Below are positions 17,901 to 24,949 of a stretch of 64,000 nt of DNA, in pieces. The position numbers were made by a program, and so were the translations under genes. The notes under the pieces are model-generated. The model was not told the DNA's origin, made no database searches, and saw only the letters and a list, made by a program, of their open reading frames with translations. The stretch lies in the IMG/VR virus record IMGVR_UViG_3300045988_116240; one strand, given 5' to 3'. Each line of letters starts with the position of its first letter. Within the stretch, counting starts at the first letter, position 1. Origin of the DNA: a virus.

Positions 17901-20900
17901 TGTTCGATAAGGTCCGTAATGGGGATGTGCGCATTCTTATTGGAAGCACGGAGAAAATGGGAGTGGGTGTCAACGTGCAAGATCGTCTATTCGCCCTGCA
18001 TCATATTGACGCTCCAATCAGGCCTATGGATTTTGAGCAACGCAACGGTCGTATCTTACGACAAGGAAACTTATACGCCACATGGGATAAACCGGTGAAC
18101 ATCGTCACATATGGCGTTAAAGGTACCCTTGACGCTACCGCCTATGACAGGCTTCGTATAAAACAAAACTTCATCAACCAAATGATGAAAGGCGATATAT
18201 CGTCTCGTGTAATGGAGGAGCAAGACGATAGTGATCCGTCTGGAATGACATTTAGTGAGATGGCGGCGACGTTATCAGGAGATAAGACCGCCCAACTGCT
18301 GTTTGTGGCACAGAACAAGTTAAAGAAATTGCAAAACTCCAAGAGGAGCGATCTTAACAGTAAGTCTTCCATGCGTGACTCTATATCTAACTCCAAACTT
18401 AGGATACAAGAATACAACAGCCGGAAGGATATCATGGAAAGGAACGCCAATATCGTAAAAGAAAACTTCCCTGATGGGGTTGAGTCCGTGACTGTTAAAG
18501 GCAATACTTTCAGCGATGGTATATCGAATGAGCTTACGCCCATTATTGATGATTACTATGATAGATATACGCTTGACAGAAACACCCCTCCTCTGAAAAT
18601 CAGTCTCAATGGAGGAAAAGGCGAGGCAATCGTGCATTTCAATGAAGGTATGATGGTCTATAGCTTATATTTAGGAAAGGAAAAACTGGTTGAGAATCGT
18701 GATTTTAGCGGCGGCAAGGGTTTGATGGCTAGCATTGACAGGCAGTTGGGGATTCCCGCTAAATCCGTCTCAGATATAGCCGCTAAAATAAAGGCAGAGG
18801 AAAACAAGATAGCGGGATTAGAGGAAGCCGTTAAGAAACCGTGGGGAAAAGAGGATGAACTTAATGCGGCTCAGGCAGAGGTTAATGATCTGCAGAGACA
18901 ATTAGTTGAAAAAGCTAAAGCTGAGGATATTCAGTTAGAATCAACTCTTGACGTTGATGGTACGTTGGTAAAAGAGGAAGGAGAGACTCGATTTCGATTC
19001 ATGGGAGTAGATACAACTAATAATCAGGATAATGTAAGTTCTATTGAATCCTCAATCAACGATTGGTCAAACAAGCTTAATACCCCTGTCAGGGTAATCC
19101 ATGACGTGGACGATATAAACGATACGGATGAGAATATGTTGGCCCGTAAGAGAGATTCCAAAGGCTGGTATGATACTTCTACCGGGGAGATAGTCATAGT
19201 ATCACCTAATTCCACGTCCGTAGGTGACGCTCAAAGGACTTTCCTCCATGAGGTGGTAGGGCATCATGGGTTACGTGAGCTATTCAGGGATGATTTCGAT
19301 ACTTTCCTTGATAACGTGTATCGGAACGCCAACGAGGATATCCGGAAAAATATCATTGATCGGACTAAAGGCAATCCTCTTAACTTGCGTGAGGCTACAG
19401 AGGAATACCTCGCTGAATTAGCGGAACGTGGTTTCGATAACAAGGCCGAGCGTTCGTTATGGGAAAAGATCAAGGACTCTTTTCTTGATATGTTGAGAAA
19501 GGCAGGTATTAGTCTTGATTTCAAGTTATCGGATAATGACCTCCGTTATATTCTCTGGAGAAGCTATAAGAACTTGGAGCAAGGAAACTTGATGGATGTG
19601 GCCGAGGATATCGTGATGAGAAATAGATTAAGTCTTAACAATATAAATTTGAACGAAAATGGATCAATCGCAAGAGATATTGAACCTGAAAAAGGAAAAC
19701 AACCTTCTGAAACAAAAGGTACTGGAAGGGAACTCGAGACAATCGATGGCGTTGATGAGAACGGAAACGAAAGTGAACGAGACCATATCGACAAACCAAG
19801 GGGAGTTGAAAACGCTATTGACGGAACTGAAAACGCAACTGACCGAAATGGAAAAAAGACTGACGGCCAAGTTGACAACGATGGAGACCAACTTGACGGA
19901 GGAGATACGGGCGATAGGAACGGAAGTGTCCGGGATGGAATCGGCGGTGATCGGACTGTCATCGGACGTGCAGGATCTGAAAACAAGGGTAGAGGCGTTG
20001 GAGAAAGCGTAAGGGAAAAGACGGATGATTTCTCTTTCGCCGAGAAAACAATCCGTTTTAGGGAGAACGCGCGGAATGAGTCGGTATTGTTCGCTGATAA
20101 TGATATCCAAGTAGTAGAGAAACAGGTAGGTTCCGCCAAAGATCAATATGAGCGTACCCTATCTACATCGTCCTATCAATTTCAGGAGGCGTTTCAGGAT
20201 TCTATGCTAGGGCTTAAAACATTGCAGGATGCCGTGGCAAAGGCAACGAGGAGTCGTATATTGGATTATGAGAACGCTTATATGGCCGAGAATGCCCTTT
20301 CCTCCGTTAATGAAGCGGAGTTCAACGCTTATAGGAAAGCGGCTTTCGAGCCTATCTTAAAAGCGATCTCACGTTTGGAAAAGATGGGATCCACCATTGA
20401 TGAGATAAGGGATTACCTTATAACCAAGCATGGTATTGAGCGTAACAGGGAAATGGCCGTTAAACGAGTGTTGTCACAAAACTCGGAAACATATAAATCC
20501 CTGCTTGACGAGTATATCGGGAGAAGGAATGAGATACGTGAGAACGGTAGGTCTTGGGAAGAGCAGCAATCAGAAATGGATAGGCTTTCCGAGGAATACG
20601 GAGCTAATCTTTCTGATGATTTCAGCGGATTCACGTCCATGTATCCTAACGAGGATAACACGGGGTATGATCCGGATTCCGCAAGGAGATACGTATTGGA
20701 TTACGAGTCAAGATATGATACATCGGAATTATCGGCCTCTGTCAAAAGAGCCACTGACGCTATATTGGCAAAGCAACGGGATAGCGGGCTTATGAGCCAA
20801 AATACGTTTGATTCGATCAGCGATATGTATCAGTTCTATGTGCCTTTGCGTGGATGGGAGGAGACTACGGCAGATGAGGTTTACGCTTATCTTACATCCG

Positions 20901-23122
20901 AAAGCCAAACGTTCAACGCCCCTATAAAGACTGTCGTTGGGCGAAAGAGCAAGGCTGACGATCCTATAGCGACGATCGCTAATATGGCAGAGAGCGGAAT
21001 CATGCAAGGGAATAGGAACTTGATGAAGCAAAAGTTTTTGACAATGGTACAAAACCATAAGACGGATCTCGTGAGCGTAAGCGAAATGTGGGTTCGTCTT
21101 GACGAGGCTTCCGGTGAGTGGATCGCCGTTTTCCCGGATATACCATCTAACGCCAATCCGGAACAGGTGGAGTCTATCGTGGAATCTTTCAACAAACGCA
21201 TGGAGGAGCTATCCAATGAAAAAGGATCTAATGTTAGACGTTCAAGGGATGCTATAGGGATACCTTACAAGATATTGCCAAAGGACTTGAAGGAGCATCA
21301 AGTGATCGTAAAGAGAGCCGGCAAAGAATACTTACTTACCATAAACGGGAACCCAAGGGCCGCTCAAGCGTTGAACGGGCTTACAAACCCGGATAATACG
21401 AAAGGATGGTTTGGTACCGTGGAGAGATACGCCGGATGGCTGAATCGAAACTTGGCGGCTAATTTTACGACACGTAACCCGAATTTCATGGTAAGTAACT
21501 TCCTCCGTGACGCTCTTTATTCGAATACTACCGTATGGGTCAAGGAAAGTCCTGTATACGCATGGAAGTTCAATAAGAATTTCGCTATGGTAAACCCGAT
21601 CAATATGTATCGTCTGGTCAAGGGGTATGAGAACGGTACGTTGGATATGAGCGATCCATTGAATAAGGCATATCATGATTTTGTAATGAGAGGAGGAGAG
21701 ACCGGATACACCAATTTGAGAGACGTGGAAGCCAAGAAGAAGGCGATCCAAAAAGAACTTCAATACTCCAAGCAAAAGGTATCTATCGGAAAGGCTTTGA
21801 AAATACTAGGCGAATGGATGGACTTGTTCAATAAGAGCGTAGAGAATTGCGCTAGGTTCGCCGCGTTCATTACTTCTAGGGAAATGGGGCGGAGCATGGA
21901 TAAATCCATTTATGACGCTAAGGAGATATCCGTAAACTTCAATAAGAAAGGGGCGGGTTCAAAATTCTTGAATACTGAGGGGCAGACCAAGATAGGTAAC
22001 GCTAGCGCTTTCACGTCCGGATTGTCAAGATCCATGTATGTGTTTTGGAACGCTGGTGTACAAGGTATGTATAATTTCGGAAGGCTAGCCAAGGATAATC
22101 CCAAGAAATTCTTGGGGTTAGCGTCCTCTTTCTATTTACTTGGCACTATCATGCCTATGATCGCTGCCGCTTTTGGGGATGATGAAGATGATGATTACTA
22201 CGATCTTCCGGAATACGTGAGACGTAATAATATCTGTTTCCGTAACGGTGGAGGAAATTGGATTACAATTCCTATGCCCATAGAGTTAAGGGCTATATAT
22301 GGACTAGGAGAAATGTCTTCTGGAATAGTTTCCGGAAAGGAGAAGTATACCGATAAAAAGATGGCCATGAAGATAGCGGAGCAAATGTCACAGGTTCTTC
22401 CTTTGGACATGATGGAGGGAGGTGGAGGATTCTCCGCTTTCGTCCCAAGCTCGGTAAAGCCATTGATTGAGGCCGGAGATAACAAGGATTGGACAGGTTT
22501 GCCTTTATATAAGGATAACGATTTCAACAAGGGTATGCCTGAATGGACGAAGGCTTTCAAGAGCGTGGATCCCGCTATATTGGCGATGACTGAATATGCC
22601 AATAAGTTGACCGGTGGAGATAAATACACTATCGGTGCGGTTAATCTGAACCCGGCCATTATAGAGCATATATTGGACGGCTATTTCGGAGGTATCGAGG
22701 CTACACGTGCGCAGATGGTCAAATCCGCTGAAACCGCTTGGGGTAGTCGTGATTTTGACTGGAGGAATATCCCTGTCGGGAACCGTCTTATAAAAAGTGG
22801 TGATGAGCGGACGAAAAAGAAAGCCATAGATAACGCTTATTATGAGAATTTGGAGGAAATGGATAAGATCGGACAAAGATTGAGAGGATATCGTAAAGAA
22901 TTGTCTAATCCACAGAACGATAGTTTTGATATAGCAGAGTATCAGAAAAAATTGAATGATCTTATGATGAGCGATGAATATCGTGGATATGTAGAGTTTA
23001 ATAATCTTAACAAATTGTATCAATCAATGGGTGAGTATTTGAAGAAGGTAGATGATGAAAGATTGGAAATGGAGTTATACGATTTGAAAGCTATGATGAA
23101 TGAGATAGCTAATGGTAAATAG
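8858..23122 (+). CDS. giant polyvalent protein (4754 aa): pyrophosphatase-like + N6-adenine MTase + SNF2/DEAD helicase + zincin-like + C-terminal membrane-associated region
   Basis: A single uninterrupted 14.3 kb ORF. Motifs are listed in the sub-features below. The true start may be the ATG at 8903 (MDSNVKH). Confidence 0.9.
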   Translation: MKEEQKIQTKNTAGFMDSNVKHLYDAMISQGYTGLGDFSNFEGKMKDSGKRRMVYDYLIQDDYFSEIGDFSKFESALGYSPAERKDYVSQSSVNPAPIALRQEVDVPMKDQSEYVNPWTNSPDYNFESLRKKGKIETATPPPPTEYEKDSSFMNTWVGDAIQKLNAGGADLGAGIFGVLDKAAKGLESATGGLIPRGGAFKDISDIFKADAEFSRARSNRYNGKDFTDLWKEGNYMGAIGDIALQGVESLPMSIGAMAATMAGAPAAGLAGIGSIVASQKYDDLDQNNPNMGEFAKVSNAILTGTAESLSEMLGAGVSKAWMSTLFKTLGKEKAQEAIKRGIMGKMQEFYKKFGMFFEPVNEGIEEVSSTLAENITDKITGADPERDLTDGVLQSFVYGMGGGAYFTGAGALAKGAQYVADKIGGKQAQQPITDSNVTDQGVETPPLLTKSRFAEAEEEGRNMTDPGDIRTASKKMEETRLSLSGMVPGLASTIESYVDDKASEAQVMSLLDGVNADARPLAEDFYADYLRISGLQDRIGEEIDNEVETYVANNITPYVTTNPDGQSIVTMATLSEGNEERPVYVRSIEGDKAVISDNGQDRMVSVKRLSDIVEQDAGHMRRTYEDQLLANRQSELDMTMHHNPKTQLPKPGLIVWNGDNAFILQGQDENGDWIAQPAAYDRETGQVTAKNGSSPAMPITENEILDLQDAIYDAQQVNVVSPEDDNVASADAEITSAPPVEDAINQPTSEIETEGAIDQIAQPSNVENLSMVMREDGTPDFVSSGTDMALDFLYDKYGDKMPRKIEVTRKSFDESLKKASDALEKAQEAYDDAPIGKEDKPEAALIKARQEYEAIKVEADFWANLDDDIKEASKKPGDVIAKEISVIGDPMSGEELAAMMLANGAIKLTRDSYKKETGAGNNETARMFGLFASPEKGGVNIERAGEILELADRENGTNFFDENDTNAGRDAIIEVLSSAHTRGDLIDYVKRNREAIAERERQAEYNAYAEWCEENYHMSPEEYEAYEESMVRDFSEKQLTDEERGELDSQIVDEIQAIIDEQNEIDAILAQNKPIENENIEGNDESGGDGLREGGGEVLPREQLDQTGGTGEVEGRESAGPDIDRTDGATQEGSSRGLVPFVAPSPKENETPLDYAERIVEAKRLHEEELKVDTNPTEAQKEAGNYKKGHIKINGFDVTIEQPAGSVRSGKDASGKEWSQVMNNTYGYIRGTESVDGDHIDVFLGPDMNSDMVYVVDQVNTDGSFDEHKVMMGFPSLEDARSAYLSNYEEGWQGLGNITGVTLDGFKKWIDSSTRKTKPFYEYKGIKQEESDISKNNDSDNYSIVSSQYTTKKGKVLDMWLLKFGNELSKEQQRAAKELAKAEKGWYDREQRGFMMRSDESARRLADTILGDTDAVSDAQPISLEDTRRVVEPQKVNVENLIGDINDKGKAKLSDRTVTPSGNRLVTDERYAELRERMRKKLGGQMNMGVDPEILAIGTEMAVYHIEKGLRKFSDYSKAMIDDLGDAIRPYLKSFYNGARDLPEVEENGWDKDMTTYEDVRSFDVANFDKPVPDIMDAAETVVKETEIAGQASAAEKKIKNSRKKRTDNKDKPLPLYGNDLFTPNNIKDNEQGNSRADQGVGRKAREEDRGSERGGDRGGVHGSDVLDTERGRGIPISDSDKRPVVRNQNNFSFPEKGIELPSGDISKLKANIEAIETLKDVEDGQGKPTPEQQAKMSRYVGWGGLAEALNEGKYNARDNNWTKDRNWNDKYLRYYEKLKSLLSKEEFDSAVRSTTTSHYTPSEVVESLWGITEKLGFKGGNISEPAMGIGNIIGMMPRSISENSSISGFEIDSLSGRMAKALYPDANIKVQGYEKAFSPNSKDLVITNVPFGKNAPYDKVLDKQFRKKLGSSYNLHNYFILKGLLELKEGGLGVFVTSSATMDGADSKFREYVSGNGYDLVGAIRLPNDAFQKGAGTSVTADIVIFRKRKYGEPSNGIGFATTTQIGEGTYMEDGDKRSKPIMVNEYFSNHPDMMLGDMMTAYDAGSGGLYSGASQTLKAKPGADLSKELFNAIDNLPKNILSGVVETKGPEVVGDSTLKDGTITVQNGNVFVLDGDSLKPIKANPTFVHNGKTRKIADAVNDYNDIKKNLYDLIHDEQTKGVDPEPARKRLNKVYDAFVSKYGTLNRNKALDDIFAEDVEHGLPFSLETVRRVPSTTGKSMVWEVSKADGILNKRVSYPFELPTKADNVLDAVNISKSYKGNIDIPYISEITGMDEVNVTNEILEKGIAYRDPVTGNIIDKSEYLSGNVKDKLVEAKAALEDHPEFQKNVDDLEAVQPERIPYGEISYRLGTTWIPSEFINNFADNVLGISYANANFIPEIGEYILDKRAFITDYAKAGQFKTERMDAIDVFKAALNQRKPKVYDEIKYYEDGKQKTRRVVNEQETQAVAEKISDMSDKFVEYIDSKTMFHGRIEDVYNDKYNNYVLKKYDKPVFEHYPNANKNITLRDHQSKAVQRCLSESTLLAHQVGTGKTFTMITSAMEMRRLGIAKKPMIVVQNATLEDFVRDFYKLYPSAKILSPTKEERNADNRTRLFNLIATGDFDAIVVPQSFMAFIPDSEERKKAYIQKRIDDFEEAIDRIEDKALQERLKREAKSMRDSLEGIKKGKNVKGKAKTAETITAKTERILDRRTDNVMTFEQMGVDALFIDEAHNYKKIGFPSKMSNVKGIDTSASQRANSMLLKAQWISENNGGRNVVLATGTPITNTMAEVWTMMNFVAPDILDAYNINSFDEFATTFGTVEPSLEFTATGNFKIAERFKSYTNVPELIKAFRSHTDVVLTEDVKEFKEDKNIPKLKDNKMTNVIVEKNEDLEDVMQTLIKELEDYNKLTGKEKKDKSALPLVVFSKAKQAAIDLRLLNPTFPDNPDSKTNKVVDNVLRLYKESDKDKGTQLIFCDSYQSPSETPKMDLFDVDLSVPQFNLYNDIKEKLIKGGIPSNQIAIVGNYEGERRNALFDKVRNGDVRILIGSTEKMGVGVNVQDRLFALHHIDAPIRPMDFEQRNGRILRQGNLYATWDKPVNIVTYGVKGTLDATAYDRLRIKQNFINQMMKGDISSRVMEEQDDSDPSGMTFSEMAATLSGDKTAQLLFVAQNKLKKLQNSKRSDLNSKSSMRDSISNSKLRIQEYNSRKDIMERNANIVKENFPDGVESVTVKGNTFSDGISNELTPIIDDYYDRYTLDRNTPPLKISLNGGKGEAIVHFNEGMMVYSLYLGKEKLVENRDFSGGKGLMASIDRQLGIPAKSVSDIAAKIKAEENKIAGLEEAVKKPWGKEDELNAAQAEVNDLQRQLVEKAKAEDIQLESTLDVDGTLVKEEGETRFRFMGVDTTNNQDNVSSIESSINDWSNKLNTPVRVIHDVDDINDTDENMLARKRDSKGWYDTSTGEIVIVSPNSTSVGDAQRTFLHEVVGHHGLRELFRDDFDTFLDNVYRNANEDIRKNIIDRTKGNPLNLREATEEYLAELAERGFDNKAERSLWEKIKDSFLDMLRKAGISLDFKLSDNDLRYILWRSYKNLEQGNLMDVAEDIVMRNRLSLNNINLNENGSIARDIEPEKGKQPSETKGTGRELETIDGVDENGNESERDHIDKPRGVENAIDGTENATDRNGKKTDGQVDNDGDQLDGGDTGDRNGSVRDGIGGDRTVIGRAGSENKGRGVGESVREKTDDFSFAEKTIRFRENARNESVLFADNDIQVVEKQVGSAKDQYERTLSTSSYQFQEAFQDSMLGLKTLQDAVAKATRSRILDYENAYMAENALSSVNEAEFNAYRKAAFEPILKAISRLEKMGSTIDEIRDYLITKHGIERNREMAVKRVLSQNSETYKSLLDEYIGRRNEIRENGRSWEEQQSEMDRLSEEYGANLSDDFSGFTSMYPNEDNTGYDPDSARRYVLDYESRYDTSELSASVKRATDAILAKQRDSGLMSQNTFDSISDMYQFYVPLRGWEETTADEVYAYLTSESQTFNAPIKTVVGRKSKADDPIATIANMAESGIMQGNRNLMKQKFLTMVQNHKTDLVSVSEMWVRLDEASGEWIAVFPDIPSNANPEQVESIVESFNKRMEELSNEKGSNVRRSRDAIGIPYKILPKDLKEHQVIVKRAGKEYLLTINGNPRAAQALNGLTNPDNTKGWFGTVERYAGWLNRNLAANFTTRNPNFMVSNFLRDALYSNTTVWVKESPVYAWKFNKNFAMVNPINMYRLVKGYENGTLDMSDPLNKAYHDFVMRGGETGYTNLRDVEAKKKAIQKELQYSKQKVSIGKALKILGEWMDLFNKSVENCARFAAFITSREMGRSMDKSIYDAKEISVNFNKKGAGSKFLNTEGQTKIGNASAFTSGLSRSMYVFWNAGVQGMYNFGRLAKDNPKKFLGLASSFYLLGTIMPMIAAAFGDDEDDDYYDLPEYVRRNNICFRNGGGNWITIPMPIELRAIYGLGEMSSGIVSGKEKYTDKKMAMKIAEQMSQVLPLDMMEGGGGFSAFVPSSVKPLIEAGDNKDWTGLPLYKDNDFNKGMPEWTKAFKSVDPAILAMTEYANKLTGGDKYTIGAVNLNPAIIEHILDGYFGGIEATRAQMVKSAETAWGSRDFDWRNIPVGNRLIKSGDERTKKKAIDNAYYENLEEMDKIGQRLRGYRKELSNPQNDSFDIAEYQKKLNDLMMSDEYRGYVEFNNLNKLYQSMGEYLKKVDDERLEMELYDLKAMMNEIANGK
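12404..12830 (+). other. domain: inorganic-pyrophosphatase-like module of the giant protein
   Basis: NYKKGHIKINGFDVTIEQPAGSVRSG...YGYIRGTESVDGDHIDVFLG...DEHKVMMGF resembles the family I PPase signature YGxIPxT..DGDPxDVLV. Confidence 0.45.
13930..14960 (+). other. domain: N6-adenine DNA methyltransferase module
   Basis: SRYVGWGGLAEAL; AdoMet motif I ISEPAMGIGNIIG (about 14330); catalytic motif IV DLVITNVPFGK (14522-14536). Confidence 0.75.
16350..18150 (+). other. domain: SF2 (SNF2/DEAD-like) helicase module
   Basis: Motif I AHQVGTGKTF (16441-16470), motif II FIDEAHNYKK (16982-17002), motif III LATGTPITN, motif V GSTEKMGVGVNVQ, motif VI QRNGRILRQGN (18038-18070). Confidence 0.8.
19000..19560 (+). 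other. domain: zincin-like metallopeptidase-type module (non-classical HExxxH)
   Basis: TFLHEVVGHHGLRELF (19241-19270). The spacing is HEVVGH rather than HExxH, so catalytic competence is uncertain. Confidence 0.45.
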
Positions 23123-23130
23123 GAGAAGTG

Positions 23131-23154
23131 GCGGGTGACGTTGGTGTCACCCGC
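23131..23154 (+). terminator. 9-bp GC-rich hairpin after the giant gene
   Basis: gcgggtgac-gttggt-gtcacccgc, 8 nt after the stop codon. The T-run is weak. Confidence 0.5.
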
Positions 23155-23204
23155 TATATGTTATCAAACAGATTGTATAATATACTTCATGTAAAATAAT
23201 GAAG

Positions 23205-23212
23205 TACTTTTG
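23205..23212 (+). promoter_or_regulatory. Bacteroidota-type -7 box (TAnnTTTG)
   Basis: tacttttg lies 23 nt upstream of the ATG at 23235. Confidence 0.45.
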
Positions 23213-23234
23213 TGAAACCTAAATCTATTTTACC

Positions 23235-23993
23235 ATGGAAGAAAATATTGATATGCCTATTGAGCAAGATGTGACTATAGAGCTGATATTGTCTGTATTT
23301 AAAAATTATTCAGACTCGAAGCGGATGAAAGAAATAAAAGACATAATAGTTTCATTAATTCATCCTGATGAATTAATAGTTGACTCTGAAGAGAGAAGTC
23401 GTATAGAAAATAAAGTGGTTGAACTTATATCCATAGATAAGAGAAGAGGGGACGAATCCGAGCTCAAATATTCTAACGGTAAATATAGTAAGAGAAAAAA
23501 AAGATCAGATCCTAAACCTATAGTGGATCTATTGCCCAGCGTGGAGTATACAGGCACCGCCGGAGAATGCGCCGTGATATCAGAGCTGTTGTTTTCCGGT
23601 TACAATGCAAATAGGATGATGGTCGATGAGGGCGTAGATATAATAGCGGTAAAGGATAATATCTATTATTATGTACAGGTAAAGACTACGACCATAAAGG
23701 ATGGGCGTGTTTATGCGCAGATAAAAACAGATAGGTTCAACCAATTTATGTCCGCACAAATAAGATATATTATTGTAGCAAGGTATGATGATCATGGGAT
23801 TTCCCGTAATATGTTCTTCTCTTTCACTCCACAGCAAATAGATCAGGCGGCTTATGAAGGATGTATAAAGAAGAATGAAAACACGGTAAGTATAAAGATA
23901 AAGTTTAATGATAAAACCGGGAAGCCTTATCTTTATGATAACAATGAGTGTAGTTGTGCTTGGAATTGGAACAAGAAGGATCTTTTAGGATAA
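23235..23993 (+). CDS. PD-(D/E)xK nuclease-fold protein (Hjc/restriction-endonuclease-like core) with N-terminal extra domain
   Basis: GTAGECAVISELLFSGYNANRMMVDEGVDIIAV...YYYVQVKTTT fits the G..GE...L...G....D.G.D-x(n)-QVK nuclease pattern. The gene is AT-rich. Confidence 0.55.
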   Translation: MEENIDMPIEQDVTIELILSVFKNYSDSKRMKEIKDIIVSLIHPDELIVDSEERSRIENKVVELISIDKRRGDESELKYSNGKYSKRKKRSDPKPIVDLLPSVEYTGTAGECAVISELLFSGYNANRMMVDEGVDIIAVKDNIYYYVQVKTTTIKDGRVYAQIKTDRFNQFMSAQIRYIIVARYDDHGISRNMFFSFTPQQIDQAAYEGCIKKNENTVSIKIKFNDKTGKPYLYDNNECSCAWNWNKKDLLG

Positions 23994-24005
23994 AATTTTA
24001 AGACT

Positions 24006-24404
24006 ATGCCAAATATAAAGAAGAAATATATTCCTTTTTTTGTTCCCGCTTTGCTTTCAGTGATAGCGTTTTTTTATATTCCATCTCCATCCGAATTTAG
24101 CGATGAGAATCATGTGTATGTAAAAGCTTTTGATACTTATATGGAAGTTCTTAGCGTATCTACATGGCTTTGGGTCATTATACCGTTCTTTTTGTACTAT
24201 ATAGGAACTGTATATGAATTTTCTAAGAAAAGAGGAGATAGCGCTTTCCGGCTTTCATTATATTCAACATTGGCATTCATATCGCTATGGTTGTTCTGCA
24301 TTCAATTATCAACGGAATTTCATACACCTTGTTTATTACTCTTGTTCGCTTCGGTTTATACGTTCTTTTTCCCTTGGATAGGTAATAAAGTTAATTTGTT
24401 TTAG
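24006..24404 (+). CDS. multi-pass membrane protein, hypothetical
   Basis: 132 aa with four hydrophobic helices, AT-rich, paired with the nuclease-fold gene. Confidence 0.5.
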   Translation: MPNIKKKYIPFFVPALLSVIAFFYIPSPSEFSDENHVYVKAFDTYMEVLSVSTWLWVIIPFFLYYIGTVYEFSKKRGDSAFRLSLYSTLAFISLWLFCIQLSTEFHTPCLLLLFASVYTFFFPWIGNKVNLF

Positions 24405-24480
24405 AACCGTACTTGCTCTGCTAACGAAGTATATTTCCTATGGGATGAAGCTATTGATCGTTTTGAGGTATCTAAAATAG

Positions 24481-24515
24481 AAAACTCCCCAAATCCTCAC
24501 GGACAAGGGAGTTTT
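24481..24515. terminator. two-tier hairpin (family member H3), terminator-like
   Basis: aaaactccc...tcc-tcac-gga...gggagtttt followed by tatt. There are T-rich tracts on both strands. Confidence 0.5.
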
Positions 24516-24949
24516 TATTATTTAACTATAATCTATATGAATGGTTTTCAGACAACCTTAAACGATCCGATTCTCACGAACTAGAGCGTTTGTAATATCT
24601 AAATCCATATCTAAACAAAGACATACTTAATCATCATTGCCGATCCTCCCGGAATAGCAACGGTGGGTATATCCGTCTTAAAATGCTTCCCAATACCACC
24701 CAAGGGAAGCGGGAAATATTTATTCAAACTATATTTTATGCCATAAGGAAAGGAGTGTGCCCCCATCCTCCAAAGCTATCCCCTTGACATAAATATACCT
24801 CTGGTTCTCACGAAAGAGCGGTATGACATTGATAAAATTATTTTATGAATACAACCTAGTGTAATATCTTTAAGTAATGACTCCAGTCCATCACGGATGA
24901 GAGCCATAAGGGGTTATAAATATATAACATACCATATACGCATAAAAAA

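Noticed and set aside
19241-19270. Calling the HEVVGHH segment an active HExxH metalloprotease.
   Set aside because: The spacing is H-E-x-x-x-H rather than HExxH. It is kept only as a zincin-like module of uncertain activity.
20430-20795. Other +1-frame ORFs in the giant gene (10491..10676, 17868..18098, 20430..20795).
   Set aside because: Their translations are Cys/Trp/Arg-rich junk, and they overlap well-folded, motif-bearing parts of the main frame. This contrasts with the three linker-associated ORFs reported as findings.
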